This document shows positions 40,515 to 51,267 of a stretch of 58,886 bases of DNA, piece by piece. The DNA lies in NCBI GenBank assembly GCA_051532035.1, contig JAOPTW010000026.1, positions 1 to 58,886 on the forward strand, read 5' to 3'. A model generated the notes under the pieces. That model was not told where the DNA came from. It saw only the letters and a program-made list of their open reading frames with translations, and ran no database searches. A program made the translations under genes and the position numbers. This DNA is from Fibrobacterales bacterium (GTDB lineage Bacteria; Fibrobacterota; Fibrobacteria; Fibrobacterales; JAOPTW01). Every line of letters begins with the position of its first letter. Position 1 is the first letter of the stretch.

Positions 40515-43086
40515 ATTTGTAGAAGAGTCCAGAGAACATTTAACTGCGGTTGAAGATGACTTTATTCAGCTTGAAAAAAGCCTTGATGCACCTGATCCGG
40601 AAACGGTAAACCGCATTTTCCGTGCAGTTCATACGGTAAAAGGGAGCTGTGGCTTTTTTAACTTTACTGCTATCGGGCAGTTGGCGCACACCATGGAAAC
40701 ATTGCTCTCCCTGCTCAGGGACGGAGACCTGCTCCCGACTTCGGATATGCTTGATGCTCTTCTGGCTGGTGTAGATTTGCTGAACAGTATGATTGACGAT
40801 GTTGACCGGAGTAATGAGGTTGATGTGTCCAAAGTTGAAGGCCGGGTTGCCGAATATATTTCGAAGGATGATATAGTGGTTCCACTTAATCAGGTGGGAA
40901 ATACTAAATCAGAAATAAACGATTTTGAACAGGAGATGCTGGAGCGCATTAAAAAAGGTGAGTATCTGTATGAGATAGAATTAAATCTTACGAACTGGGA
41001 GCAGGAAAGTCATAAAAGTCCGGTTCAGCTTGTTTCGGAACTTTCAAAATTGGGTGAAATTCTAGATGGAGAACTGACCGTTGCTGGAGGTGATCTCAGA
41101 GATAAAATACCTGAAGGTGATACATTATACCGATTGTATTTTAAAACAGTAATTGAGCCTGATATGATAGATGCTATTCCGGTATCTTCAACAAATACTA
41201 TTCGTTTGATAGAAAGTGAGCCAGTTGAGGCGGATATAATAACGTCAACAGCCCAGGTGATTGATGAAAGTGTAGAATATAATAAAAATTTGGAACAGGC
41301 CGAAGGTAGCGGATCTGATGTGAAAAGTGCTGCCGGTGTGAATGAGTCATTACGGGTGCGGGTAGATCTTCTGAATGAACTGATGATGCTTGCCGGTGAA
41401 CTCGTGCTGGTGAGGAATCAGCAATTGTTACAGCAAGACCGTGCCGATTCAACATCGCGGGCAATTACCCAGCGACTCGATATTGTTACAACTGAACTGC
41501 AGGAAACAATTATGCGCACCCGAATGCAACCTATCGGAAACGTATTCAGTAAATTTACCCGAGTGGTGCGGGATGTTGCAAAGAAACTCGATAAACAGAT
41601 ATCCATAGTTACATTCGGAGATGATGTTGAACTTGATAAAAATATTCTTGAAACACTTGCAGACCCATTAACGCATATTGTACGTAACTCCTGTGACCAT
41701 GGTATAGAGACAACTGCAGAACGGAAAAAAGCAGGAAAAAGTGAAAAGGGATCCATACATCTCAATGCATATCATGAAGGGGGGCAGATAAATATTCAGA
41801 TTTATGATGATGGTCGTGGGATCAATATTTCTCGGCTCAAGGAGAAGGTGCTTGAAAAAGAACTGAAGACAGAGGCTGAGCTGGCGAGATTGAGTGAAAA
41901 GGAACTCCTAGAACTGATTTTTCTTCCAGGACTTTCGACTGTAGAAAATGTAAGTGACCTTTCCGGGCGTGGTGTTGGAATGGATGTGGTAAAAACCTCA
42001 ATCGAAAGGCTCGGTGGAATTATTGATATTGAATCTGCTGAAGGTAAAGGAACCACTTTGAATCTTCGTCTTCCATTGACTCTGGCAATTATCCCTTCAC
42101 TTATTGTGAAGGTCGATAATGAGCGGTTTGCCATACCTCAGGTTAATCTTGAGGAACTGGTCTGTCTGTATGATAAGGATGTGCAGGATAAAATCGAATG
42201 TGTGGGTAACCGTGAAGTGTATCGTCTACGGGATCATTTACTGCCTATGGTGCGGCTCAGTGAACTCATGGCTCAGCCTCAATTGTTTGATGATACTATA
42301 AAAGGAGAGATTACTCAGCGTCATCAAAAATTGCAAGAAGTAGAGTGGTGTAATTGCAGAGAAGCACAAGAGAATAAAAAACCGTATTATCTGGCTCTCA
42401 ATTTTGCGGTCCTCAAGGTGGGGGCAAGTCGTTTTGGCCTGATAATAGATTCAATTTTGGGTACAGAAGAGATAGTGGTTAAGCCGATGCACCGGGCAGT
42501 AAAAGATCTCGGTATATATTCGGGGGCAACAGTACTGGGGGATGGTGCGGTAGCTTTGATTCTTGATGTTCTAGGACTTGCACGGCATGCAACCGTTCCC
42601 TTTGAGGGCACACGGAAAAAAGAAGAGAATGAAATTGACGCCGGTATAGCTAATAAAGATGAAAAAAAATCACTGCTCCTTTTCGGCAACGAGGGTGAGG
42701 AACAATTTGCAGTGGAAATGGGAGAAGTAAAACGCGTTGAAAGGCTGGAAATGAACAGGGTTGAACGAATTGGTCAGCGGGAGTTTGCAACCATAGATGG
42801 AGTGTCTACTAGGATAATACGCCTCGAAGAGTGTCTGCAGATATCTGAACCTGTGGGGCGGGAGGAGATGTTTTTGATACTCCCCAAAAATGCAAAACAA
42901 CCCTATGGAATACTCGCATCAAAACTGGTTGATATCGGTGAGTTTGAGGTTGATCTCAATACAGAAAGTTTTTGCGCAAAGGGTGTGGTCGGCAGTACTA
43001 TTCTACGGGAGCATATGACGCTCCTTCTGGAACCGGATGCACTGGCCCAGATTGCAGAGCCCGAATGGTATTTTGAAACAGTTTAG
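40483..43086 (+). CDS. cheA: Chemotaxis histidine kinase CheA with two CheW-like domains
   Basis: FRAVHTVKG HPt, HIVRNSCDHGIE, SGRGVGMDVV, LPLTLAI; second CheW-like domain at C-terminus; GGAGG precedes ATG 40483. Confidence 0.96.
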   Translation: MSGIDPSLVYEFVEESREHLTAVEDDFIQLEKSLDAPDPETVNRIFRAVHTVKGSCGFFNFTAIGQLAHTMETLLSLLRDGDLLPTSDMLDALLAGVDLLNSMIDDVDRSNEVDVSKVEGRVAEYISKDDIVVPLNQVGNTKSEINDFEQEMLERIKKGEYLYEIELNLTNWEQESHKSPVQLVSELSKLGEILDGELTVAGGDLRDKIPEGDTLYRLYFKTVIEPDMIDAIPVSSTNTIRLIESEPVEADIITSTAQVIDESVEYNKNLEQAEGSGSDVKSAAGVNESLRVRVDLLNELMMLAGELVLVRNQQLLQQDRADSTSRAITQRLDIVTTELQETIMRTRMQPIGNVFSKFTRVVRDVAKKLDKQISIVTFGDDVELDKNILETLADPLTHIVRNSCDHGIETTAERKKAGKSEKGSIHLNAYHEGGQINIQIYDDGRGINISRLKEKVLEKELKTEAELARLSEKELLELIFLPGLSTVENVSDLSGRGVGMDVVKTSIERLGGIIDIESAEGKGTTLNLRLPLTLAIIPSLIVKVDNERFAIPQVNLEELVCLYDKDVQDKIECVGNREVYRLRDHLLPMVRLSELMAQPQLFDDTIKGEITQRHQKLQEVEWCNCREAQENKKPYYLALNFAVLKVGASRFGLIIDSILGTEEIVVKPMHRAVKDLGIYSGATVLGDGAVALILDVLGLARHATVPFEGTRKKEENEIDAGIANKDEKKSLLLFGNEGEEQFAVEMGEVKRVERLEMNRVERIGQREFATIDGVSTRIIRLEECLQISEPVGREEMFLILPKNAKQPYGILASKLVDIGEFEVDLNTESFCAKGVVGSTILREHMTLLLEPDALAQIAEPEWYFETV

Positions 43087-43097
43087 CAAAGGATAGA

Positions 43098-43607
43098 ATG
43101 ATGACAACAGGCATTAAAACAATAGAAGAAACTAAAAACAGGGAAAACGGCAAGCTGGTGCAATTGGCTACTTTTCGGATTGCCGGTCGCTTATTAGGGG
43201 TAGATATTCTTGATGTTAAAGAGGTGTGTGACAATATCAGCATAACACCTATCCATCATGCATCTCAGAAAATATGTGGCTATATGAATATCCGCGGTCA
43301 GATTCTGCTTGTGGTTGACTTACGTACAGAATTCGGATTCGATGAACGGGCAGTGGATGAGAAGAGTAAGGTAGTGGTATTTAAAGATACAGTTGATGAA
43401 CCTTTCGGTATCCTAGTAGACAGTGTAGAGAATGTGGCGGATGTGTTTGATGGTCAGATTACTGACAGGCGTGACACTGAGGTTGACGGTGAAGTGGATT
43501 CGGAACTTCTTGAGAAACGAATGGCCAAAAATGATTTATGCAAAGGAGTATGTCCGTTGGTAGATGAACTGGTATTGATTTTAAATAGCAAAGCTGTTTT
43601 GGAATAA
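43098..43607 (+). CDS. cheW: Chemotaxis coupling protein CheW
   Basis: GVDILDVKEV, GYMNIRGQILLVVDL, GILVDSV. Confidence 0.93.
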   Translation: MMTTGIKTIEETKNRENGKLVQLATFRIAGRLLGVDILDVKEVCDNISITPIHHASQKICGYMNIRGQILLVVDLRTEFGFDERAVDEKSKVVVFKDTVDEPFGILVDSVENVADVFDGQITDRRDTEVDGEVDSELLEKRMAKNDLCKGVCPLVDELVLILNSKAVLE

Positions 43608-43644
43608 TAGTATTGAAAAATACATAACGTAAAGCGAGGAAAAA

Positions 43645-45765
43645 ATGAAAATTTTAGAAAGATTCAAAATCAGAACAAAGATATTACTAACAGTAGCACT
43701 GCCCATGGTATTGCTGCTTGTGATAGGAATTCTGATAATTCAGGCAAAACTACAGACAACTCAAAGTATGGAAACGGTGAGTATTCAGGCTTCTCTTATT
43801 ACAAAAGCGAGTGCACTGGTACATGAAATGCAGAAAGAGAGAGGCTTGACTGCAGGGTATATAGGGAGCAATGGCAAAAAGTTCGCAGTAGAACTTCAAG
43901 CTCAACAGAAAGAGACTGATCAGAGAAATGAACTCCTTAAGGAATTTTATCAAGATAATAGAGAGGCAATTCACAAAAAAATTCGTCGTTCTATTGAAGA
44001 CGCAAATAAAGCAGTCGAAAACCGTAAAAATATCCGAGGTGCTGTTTTAACAGGGAATATTGCTTCCGGGGATGCGATTTCATATTATACAGAGACACAT
44101 GCAAAATTATTGGGGGCAATACCGGTTGTTCTTGAATTAATTACCGATAACCATTTGTCAAAAGTATTTGGTGCTTATTATCAGCTCCTTATGGGGAAAG
44201 AACGTGCGGGAATTGAACGTGCAGTACTTGCAGGAGTTTTTTCAAAAAACTCATTTAGTGATGCCGGCTACAACAAATTTTTGGGATTGCTGGTGGCTCA
44301 GAACACCTATTTCAGTTCGTTTAATGATTTTGCTGAAGAAGAGTATGTTGAGGCTTATGTAGATATTTTAAAAAACAGTGCGGTACAAGAAGTCGAACGC
44401 TTTCGAACAATTGCTGTCAGCAGTAGCAATGCAAAAAAGATCGGTGTTGATGCCGGAGAATGGTTTAAAAATGCAACTCAGAGAATAAACCTGCTTAAGG
44501 ATCTAGAAAATCGCATGAATGAAGGAATTCTGGCGTATGCAGAGCAGGAAAAAGATGAAGCCGGGAGTGCGCTAGTAGGGATTATTATTCTGTTCAGTGT
44601 AGTTACCATTCTTTCAATTGTGTTTGTGCTCTTTGTGGTAAATAAAATAGTCCACTCCCTGAAAACAACCATTGCAATGCTTCAGGATATTGCTGAAGGT
44701 GAGGGTGACCTTACAAAACGTCTTCAAATTAACGGTAAAGATGAAATCGGAGTGATGAGTACCTGGTTTAATACTTTTATCAATAATATTCAGGAGATAA
44801 TGATTAAAGTAAATTCCAATGTTGAGGTACTTTCAAGTTCTTCTGAAGAATTGTCGGCAGTAAGTAGTCAATTGCTTGAAGGGGCCGAAAAAATGGTAAA
44901 TCAAACGACTGGAGTAGCTGATTCTACTGAATTAATGAATACCAATATCACGACTATGGCAAGTGCAGCCGAAGAGATGAGTGTGAACGCCAATGAAGTG
45001 GCTGGAGCAGCTGAACAGACCAGTCAGAATATGAATGCAGTTTCGTCCGCAGTTGAGGAAATGAGTGTTTCGATCTCTCAGATTGCACAAGATGCCGATA
45101 GTGCTCGTGTGGTTGCTGAAAAAGCAACAACATCATCGCAGCATGCAACTACCAGTATGGGTACGCTCAGTGAAGCTGCACGGGAAATCGGTAATGTGAC
45201 AGAGGTGATCAAACGAATTGCAGAACAGACCAACCTTCTTGCCTTAAACGCAACTATTGAGGCTGCCAGTGCCGGTGACGCTGGTAAGGGTTTTGCTGTT
45301 GTGGCCAATGAAATTAAAGAACTTGCCAATCAGAGTGCTCAGGCTGCTGATGATATTGCAGGAAGGATTGAAGGAGTTCAGAGTAACACTAATGAAGCGG
45401 TCATGGTAATTAATGGTGTAGCCGAGGTAACGGAACAAATTGGGAAAACCGTTAATAGTATTGCACAGTCTGTTGAACAGCAAAGCCAGGCAGTTAACGA
45501 TATCAGCGCCAATGTTGTTCAGGCTGGTAGCGGCACACAGAACATTGCTGGAGCAATTGCCGAAGTAGCCAAGGGGGCAAATGATGTGTCCCGCAATTCA
45601 GGCGAGGCAAGTAGTGGTACTAGTCAGGTTACTGAGAACATCAATGGAATTCGAAGTGCAGTAGAGGATGCCAACAGTGGAGCCGGTCAGGTGAATGCTT
45701 CATCTAGGGAACTGGCGAAAATGTCGAGTGAACTCAAGGAAATAGTAGGACAGTTTAAATTATAA
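43645..45765 (+). CDS. MCP with NIT (nitrate/nitrite-sensing) domain
   Basis: [10 protein letters not shown] and [12 protein letters not shown] motifs between two TMs; HAMP; conserved MCP hairpin. Confidence 0.9.
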   Translation: MKILERFKIRTKILLTVALPMVLLLVIGILIIQAKLQTTQSMETVSIQASLITKASALVHEMQKERGLTAGYIGSNGKKFAVELQAQQKETDQRNELLKEFYQDNREAIHKKIRRSIEDANKAVENRKNIRGAVLTGNIASGDAISYYTETHAKLLGAIPVVLELITDNHLSKVFGAYYQLLMGKERAGIERAVLAGVFSKNSFSDAGYNKFLGLLVAQNTYFSSFNDFAEEEYVEAYVDILKNSAVQEVERFRTIAVSSSNAKKIGVDAGEWFKNATQRINLLKDLENRMNEGILAYAEQEKDEAGSALVGIIILFSVVTILSIVFVLFVVNKIVHSLKTTIAMLQDIAEGEGDLTKRLQINGKDEIGVMSTWFNTFINNIQEIMIKVNSNVEVLSSSSEELSAVSSQLLEGAEKMVNQTTGVADSTELMNTNITTMASAAEEMSVNANEVAGAAEQTSQNMNAVSSAVEEMSVSISQIAQDADSARVVAEKATTSSQHATTSMGTLSEAAREIGNVTEVIKRIAEQTNLLALNATIEAASAGDAGKGFAVVANEIKELANQSAQAADDIAGRIEGVQSNTNEAVMVINGVAEVTEQIGKTVNSIAQSVEQQSQAVNDISANVVQAGSGTQNIAGAIAEVAKGANDVSRNSGEASSGTSQVTENINGIRSAVEDANSGAGQVNASSRELAKMSSELKEIVGQFKL

Positions 45766-45842
45766 CACATACATTGCACCTGTTTGTTTTGTCAGGAGAG
45801 ATAGAATATGCAGGTGTGCCAATAAAAAGGTAGGAACAAAAA

Positions 45843-48017
45843 ATGAATCTGAAAAAAATGAAACTCAGACCAAAATTAACACTCTATTTTCTATTGCTGG
45901 GGCTTATTCCATTGATAGTAGTGGGAGTGTTGTCATATCAAAAAGCCTATACTGGTTTGTATGATGAGGCAATGAACAAACTGATTGCCATTCGGGAAAT
46001 CAAAAAGGAACAGGTTGAGGATTATTTTAAAACAACGGATAAAGAGATGGATTTTATTTCGGGTAATAAAGGAACGCAACAACAGTTTGACCGGTTTAAT
46101 GCGCTCCATCAAAAATACCGTGTCGGTGCCGCCGATGAGTATCCTGTGAATAAAAAGGGTTATACCGATGTCTGGGATAGACACAGCCCTTTTACAAAAA
46201 AGATTCAGAATATTTTCGGGTACTATGATGTATTTCTGATTTGTGCTGATCATGGACATGTCATGTATACCAATACAAAAGAGGGTGGCCTTGGCGCCAA
46301 TCTTTCATCTGGCCCACTTAAAGCATCGGGTCTTGGAAAGGTGTGGCGGAACGTGGTAGCAACCAAGGATATGTATGTGACCGATTTTGCCCCCTATGCA
46401 CCAAGTGGTAATGTACCTGCTGCGTTCTTTGGTGAACCGCTTCTTTATAAGGATGGATCAGTGAAAGGAGTTCTGGTGATTCAATTGCCGTTGGGAGAGG
46501 TTAATGCCATTATGCAGGCGCGGGACGGTTTGGGTGAGACTGGTGAGACTTATCTTGTCGGTGCGGATTATCTGATGCGGTCTGATAGTTATCTCGACCC
46601 GGTAAATCATACCGTGAGTGCTTCATTTGCCAATCCTAAAAAGGGAAGTGTCAGAACAGAAGGGGTTGATGAGGCTCTGGCCGGTAAAACCGATTCGAAA
46701 ATCATTACTGACTATAATGGACATTCGGTACTTTCGGCATATACTACTGTTGAACTTTTTAACGGAGTACAGTGGGTGCTCCTTGCAGAAATTGATGAGG
46801 CTGAAGCCCTTGCAACAGCCGATTCTCTTCTTCTTACCATTTTAGTAACCATGCTGGTAGCCGTGGTTGCTATAGTGTTTGTGGCACTGTTTATTGCCGG
46901 TGGTATTTCTAAACCGGTGAGTGGAATGGCCGAAATAGCGAGTAAGATTGCCAATGGTGATCTCACTAATACGATTAATGTTGATTCAGAGGATGAAGTA
47001 GGAATGCTCGGAAAAGCCCTGCAAACAATGACTAGTAACCTTAAGGAAATTGTCGGTAATATTACCAGAAATACTGAAACGGTTGCATCTGCATCAGAGG
47101 AACTTTCTGCAGTGAGTGAGCAGATGCTTACCGGTGCAGAGGAGATGGTAAACCAGTCAGGCGGTGTAGCCAGCTCAACCGAGCAGATGAGTACTAATAT
47201 TTCTACAATGGCAAGCGCAGCAGAAGAGATGAGTGTAAATGCCAATGAAGTTGCCGGAGCTGCAGAACAGACGAGTCAGAATATGAATGCGGTTTCCTCA
47301 GCTGTAGAAGAGATGAGCGTGTCTATTAATCAAATTGCGCAGGATGCAAGTGGTGCGCGTGATATTGCCGATAAAGCAACCGTCTCTTCGCAGCAGGCAA
47401 CCAAAACTATGAGCACATTGAGTGAAGCGGCCCACGAAATCGGTAATGTGACCGAGGTAATTAAACGTATAGCGGAACAGACTAACCTATTGGCACTGAA
47501 TGCAACTATTGAAGCGGCGAGTGCCGGAGACGCAGGGAAAGGTTTTGCTGTTGTTGCAAATGAAATTAAAGAACTTGCAAACCAGAGTGCTCAGGCGGCT
47601 GATGATATTGCGGGAAGGATCCAGGGGGTTCAGCTCAATACCGGTGAAGCGGTAACCGTGATAGATAGTGTTGCGGATATAATTGGTCAGATCGGTAATA
47701 CTGTGAATAATATTGCACAGTCAGTTGAGCAGCAGAGTCATGCTGTGAATGATATCAGTGCCAATGTTGTGCAGGCCGGCCAAGGAACACAGAATATTGC
47801 TGGCGCAATAGCAGAAGTTGCCAAAGGTGCAAATGATGTTTCCCGGAATTCCGGTGAAGCAAGTAGCGGTGCTGGTGAAGTTGCGGCAAATATTGGTGGC
47901 ATTCGTAATGCAGCTGAGGAGACAAATAATGGTGCCGGTCAGGTGAATAGTTCTTCTAGAGAGCTTGCGGTGATGGCTGGTGAACTAAAATCAATTGTTG
48001 GACAGTTCACAATATAG
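45843..48017 (+). CDS. MCP with Cache-type periplasmic sensor
   Basis: [54 protein letters not shown] hairpin. Confidence 0.92.
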   Translation: MNLKKMKLRPKLTLYFLLLGLIPLIVVGVLSYQKAYTGLYDEAMNKLIAIREIKKEQVEDYFKTTDKEMDFISGNKGTQQQFDRFNALHQKYRVGAADEYPVNKKGYTDVWDRHSPFTKKIQNIFGYYDVFLICADHGHVMYTNTKEGGLGANLSSGPLKASGLGKVWRNVVATKDMYVTDFAPYAPSGNVPAAFFGEPLLYKDGSVKGVLVIQLPLGEVNAIMQARDGLGETGETYLVGADYLMRSDSYLDPVNHTVSASFANPKKGSVRTEGVDEALAGKTDSKIITDYNGHSVLSAYTTVELFNGVQWVLLAEIDEAEALATADSLLLTILVTMLVAVVAIVFVALFIAGGISKPVSGMAEIASKIANGDLTNTINVDSEDEVGMLGKALQTMTSNLKEIVGNITRNTETVASASEELSAVSEQMLTGAEEMVNQSGGVASSTEQMSTNISTMASAAEEMSVNANEVAGAAEQTSQNMNAVSSAVEEMSVSINQIAQDASGARDIADKATVSSQQATKTMSTLSEAAHEIGNVTEVIKRIAEQTNLLALNATIEAASAGDAGKGFAVVANEIKELANQSAQAADDIAGRIQGVQLNTGEAVTVIDSVADIIGQIGNTVNNIAQSVEQQSHAVNDISANVVQAGQGTQNIAGAIAEVAKGANDVSRNSGEASSGAGEVAANIGGIRNAAEETNNGAGQVNSSSRELAVMAGELKSIVGQFTI

Positions 48018-48025
48018 GCACTATA

Positions 48026-49213
48026 ATGATAGCAGATACTATACATAAATCCTGCCCCCTTCAATGCTTACAAGGGGGCAAAAAGGAAGAGTGCAAATAT
48101 TATCGCACTACCAATGTCTTGCTTGTAGCAGAGGATGATAAGAATAGTCAGTTGCAGTTAAGTGAAATTCTGGAGCCCTCGACACTTATCTTTGCAGATT
48201 CCGGCTATGAACTGCTATTAAGAGTAAAGAAAACGGTTCCTGATATAATTATTTTAGATTATAACATGCCGGGAATGACTGGGTTGGAAGTGTGTTTGAA
48301 ATTAAAGGCAGACCCTGAAACTGTAATGATTCCCGTTGTGCTCATTACAGCGGATACGGACTTTGATCTTCGGGAGATCGCTTTTGCTAGCGGGTGTGAA
48401 GACTTTATATCTAAACCTTTAATTCCAGGGGAAGTAAAGGCACGGATTGACAAGATTTTACAAAACAGGCTATTGCTTAAAAAGCTGGAGTGTAGAAATG
48501 TATGCTTGAATGAAAAACTTGTTGAACAACAGTTGGAACTCAATAATTCACATCTTGCAACAATCCGGGCACTGGGTAAATTAACCGAGTCTCGGGATGA
48601 CAGTACCGGAGAGCACATTGAACGGGTGCAGTATTATTGTCAGAATCTGGCTGATAAATATCCGCATATAAAAGATGCGGATAAACAGAAATGTGATTTT
48701 TTTTCAGAATGTATTTTCCACGCTTCATGCCTGCATGATATCGGCAAAGTTGCGATCTCCGATGCAATACTCAAAAAGCCCGGGCCTTTAACGAATGAAG
48801 AATTTGAATCGATGAAAACTCATTCAGAAGCCGGGTATCAAGCGTTGCTGGAAGTGCATCTCTCATATCCACATAATCAGATACTGGAAATGGCCATGGA
48901 TATCTCGCGGTATCACCATGAAAAATGGGATGGCTCCGGATACCCTCTCGGAAAGTCTGGGGCTGATATACCGCTCTCGGCTCGAATAATGGCACTGGCT
49001 GATGTGTATGATGCATTGCGATCACAACGGTGCTATAAAGAGGCCTTTAGTCATGAAAAGGCTGTTGCTATAATACAGGATGGAATAGGGAACCATTTTG
49101 ATCCGTTACTTACAGAACTGTTTTTGGGTGACCATATTATTTGGGATACTATTTTCCAGTCTTATATGGGGGCAAGAGCAGTGGAAAGAGAGGAAGTTAA
49201 AAATGAAAGATGA
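48026..49213 (+). CDS. REC + HD-GYP cyclic-dinucleotide phosphodiesterase (RpfG-like)
   Basis: ILDYNMP receiver; ESRD..TGEH, LHDIGK, HHEKWDGSGYP, ADVYDAL. Confidence 0.93.
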   Translation: MIADTIHKSCPLQCLQGGKKEECKYYRTTNVLLVAEDDKNSQLQLSEILEPSTLIFADSGYELLLRVKKTVPDIIILDYNMPGMTGLEVCLKLKADPETVMIPVVLITADTDFDLREIAFASGCEDFISKPLIPGEVKARIDKILQNRLLLKKLECRNVCLNEKLVEQQLELNNSHLATIRALGKLTESRDDSTGEHIERVQYYCQNLADKYPHIKDADKQKCDFFSECIFHASCLHDIGKVAISDAILKKPGPLTNEEFESMKTHSEAGYQALLEVHLSYPHNQILEMAMDISRYHHEKWDGSGYPLGKSGADIPLSARIMALADVYDALRSQRCYKEAFSHEKAVAIIQDGIGNHFDPLLTELFLGDHIIWDTIFQSYMGARAVEREEVKNER

Positions 49214-50324
49214 GATAATCAGACTTGCTGTAGTGGATGATTCGCGGATTTTCCGCTGTTTTACTGAGAAGGCTGTGAACTCATTGGTTGTTAATACTTC
49301 GCTTAATGTAAAGGTGGTAGCTTCTCTCTGGTGCGGCGAAAAAGTTCTTGAATATATACGGCAAAACCAGGTTGACTTGATAACCCTTGATGTTGAAATG
49401 CCCGGAATTGATGGTCTTGAAACTCTGAGGCTGATTCAGGAGCATAACCGAGATACCGGAGCCGATATCGGAGTGATAATGTTAAGCGGCCTAACCCGGG
49501 CGGGGGCTACTGCAACGATGGCAGCTCTTGAGCTGGGGGCACTTGATTTTATATCCAAACCCGCCTCAGATGATCCGAATGCACAGGAGACTCTTTATCA
49601 GCAACTTCTTTCAAAAATTACCTGCTGGAGTAAAACAAGGGAGACTAAAATAACTGTAAATGCAGGGGCACCGACGGCCCCCACAAGGAAGGTTGCCGGT
49701 GCATCTGTACTTATGAGTGCTGAAACGATACCCGCTTCCTCTTTTGCGGCATATGACCTGGTGTGTATCGGGGTTTCGACGGGGGGGCCAAAGGCGCTCC
49801 ACCAGATGTTGCCTGAGTTCTGTAAAAAAGTTACCTGTCCAATTTTGATAGTGCAGCATATGCCAGTGGGATTCACTGAATCACTTGCAGAGGGTCTCAA
49901 TAAAAAGTGTCGGGACTATACGGTGGTTGAAGCTGGTGAAGATACCGTTGTGGATCAGAAAACTATATATATCGCACCGGGTGGAAAGCATATGGTGATG
50001 CGGGCAAAAGAAAATAGATTAACACTGGGGTTACATGAACAGCCGCCCGAAAACGGGTGCCGGCCTTCAGTGGATGTACTCTTTCGTTCTGTTGCTCAGA
50101 TCAGTGCAGGAAGGCGTGTTCTCTCTATTGTTCTCACCGGCATGGGAGTGGATGGCACGGCGGGGCTACGGCCTCTGAAGCGTGCGGGAGCACGTATTAT
50201 TGCCCAGGATGAACAGTCCTCAGTAGTATGGGGAATGCCGGGGAGTGCTGTTGCAACAGGGTTGGTTGACAAGGTTGTGGACCTTATGGATATTCCCCAT
50301 AGTGCAATTGAGTTATTATCATGA
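49203..50324 (+). CDS. cheB: Chemotaxis methylesterase CheB (REC + catalytic)
   Basis: TLDVEMP, GVSTGGP, QHMP, RPSVDVLF, LTGMGVDG; GAGG before ATG 49203. Confidence 0.96.
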   Translation: MKDEIIRLAVVDDSRIFRCFTEKAVNSLVVNTSLNVKVVASLWCGEKVLEYIRQNQVDLITLDVEMPGIDGLETLRLIQEHNRDTGADIGVIMLSGLTRAGATATMAALELGALDFISKPASDDPNAQETLYQQLLSKITCWSKTRETKITVNAGAPTAPTRKVAGASVLMSAETIPASSFAAYDLVCIGVSTGGPKALHQMLPEFCKKVTCPILIVQHMPVGFTESLAEGLNKKCRDYTVVEAGEDTVVDQKTIYIAPGGKHMVMRAKENRLTLGLHEQPPENGCRPSVDVLFRSVAQISAGRRVLSIVLTGMGVDGTAGLRPLKRAGARIIAQDEQSSVVWGMPGSAVATGLVDKVVDLMDIPHSAIELLS

Positions 50325-50334
50325 GAGGATTATT

Positions 50335-51189
50335 ATGAATACGGAAGAATATAAGACTATAACTAAATACGTATATGACATATGTGGAATAACCCTCGGG
50401 GAAGATAAACAGTATTTGATATCACAACGCCTGACTTCAGTTGCTGAAAAATTTGGCTGCAAAGCACTTTCAGATTTTGCAGGACTTTTGCAGGTACGGA
50501 GGAGTGATTCAAGTATTAGGGAAAAAGTAGTTGCGGCAATAACCACAAATGAGACATCGTTTTTTAGAGATTCTCAGCCGTTTAAAGATTTCTCGCAGTT
50601 GGTGCTTCCGCAACTCACTACAATAGCTGCTGAAAGGAAGAGACGTATACCGGTCAGGCGCGGTAGCAAGATTTCGATATGGTCTGCGGCCAGCTCAAGC
50701 GGTCAGGAGGCATACACCCTCGCAATGCAGATTAATGATTATTTAGGAACGGGCAGAGCCGGTGTATTGCCTGAGGATTTTTTAATTACCGGTACAGATA
50801 TTTCCAGTGAGGTGCTGGCAAAAGCAATGGCTGGTGAGTTCTCGAATAGTGATGTCGGTCGTGGCCTAGAAGCCGCCCAGTTGTCTCGGCATTTTGAACA
50901 GATAGGAAAAAACTGGGTGGTAAAACCTCACCTGAGAGACCTGGTGGAGTTTCGGCAACTTAATTTGATGCAGAAATTCACGCATCTTGGTAGCTTTGAT
51001 GTTGTATTTTGTCGCAATGTTTTAATTTATTTTGATATAAAAACTAAAAGAAATATTTTAAGTCAGATATATAATATGCTGGCTCCTGATGGTATTCTCG
51101 TTTTAGGAGTATCTGAAAATACCTATAATATTTCTGATAAATTTGAATCGTTCAAATGTGGAAAATCGATTTTTTATAAAAAAGCATAA
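50335..51189 (+). CDS. cheR: Chemotaxis methyltransferase CheR
   Basis: TTNETSFFRD, IWSAASSSGQEAYT, GTDIS, FCRNVLIYF; GAGG before ATG 50335. Confidence 0.96.
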   Translation: MNTEEYKTITKYVYDICGITLGEDKQYLISQRLTSVAEKFGCKALSDFAGLLQVRRSDSSIREKVVAAITTNETSFFRDSQPFKDFSQLVLPQLTTIAAERKRRIPVRRGSKISIWSAASSSGQEAYTLAMQINDYLGTGRAGVLPEDFLITGTDISSEVLAKAMAGEFSNSDVGRGLEAAQLSRHFEQIGKNWVVKPHLRDLVEFRQLNLMQKFTHLGSFDVVFCRNVLIYFDIKTKRNILSQIYNMLAPDGILVLGVSENTYNISDKFESFKCGKSIFYKKA

Positions 51190-51267
51190 ATGTTTTTTTT
51201 GAGGTGGGGATTTTTGCACACATTTATAATGAAAGGCCTCCCGTGGATGAAATAATTCCTGGGATAA

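Larger units (their letters stand above)
28101..51267. mobile_element. Putative ~23 kb signalling/chemosensory genomic island (no integrase seen)
   Basis: Bounded by direct repeats (27747-27771 = 51271-51295; 28075-28100 vs 51305-51330, 22/26 identical); all internal genes co-oriented and signalling-related. Confidence 0.55.

Noticed and set aside
45776..45818. GCACCTG...CAGGTGT stem between the two MCP genes
   Set aside because: Single imperfect stem with a large loop, no U-tract and no other copies.
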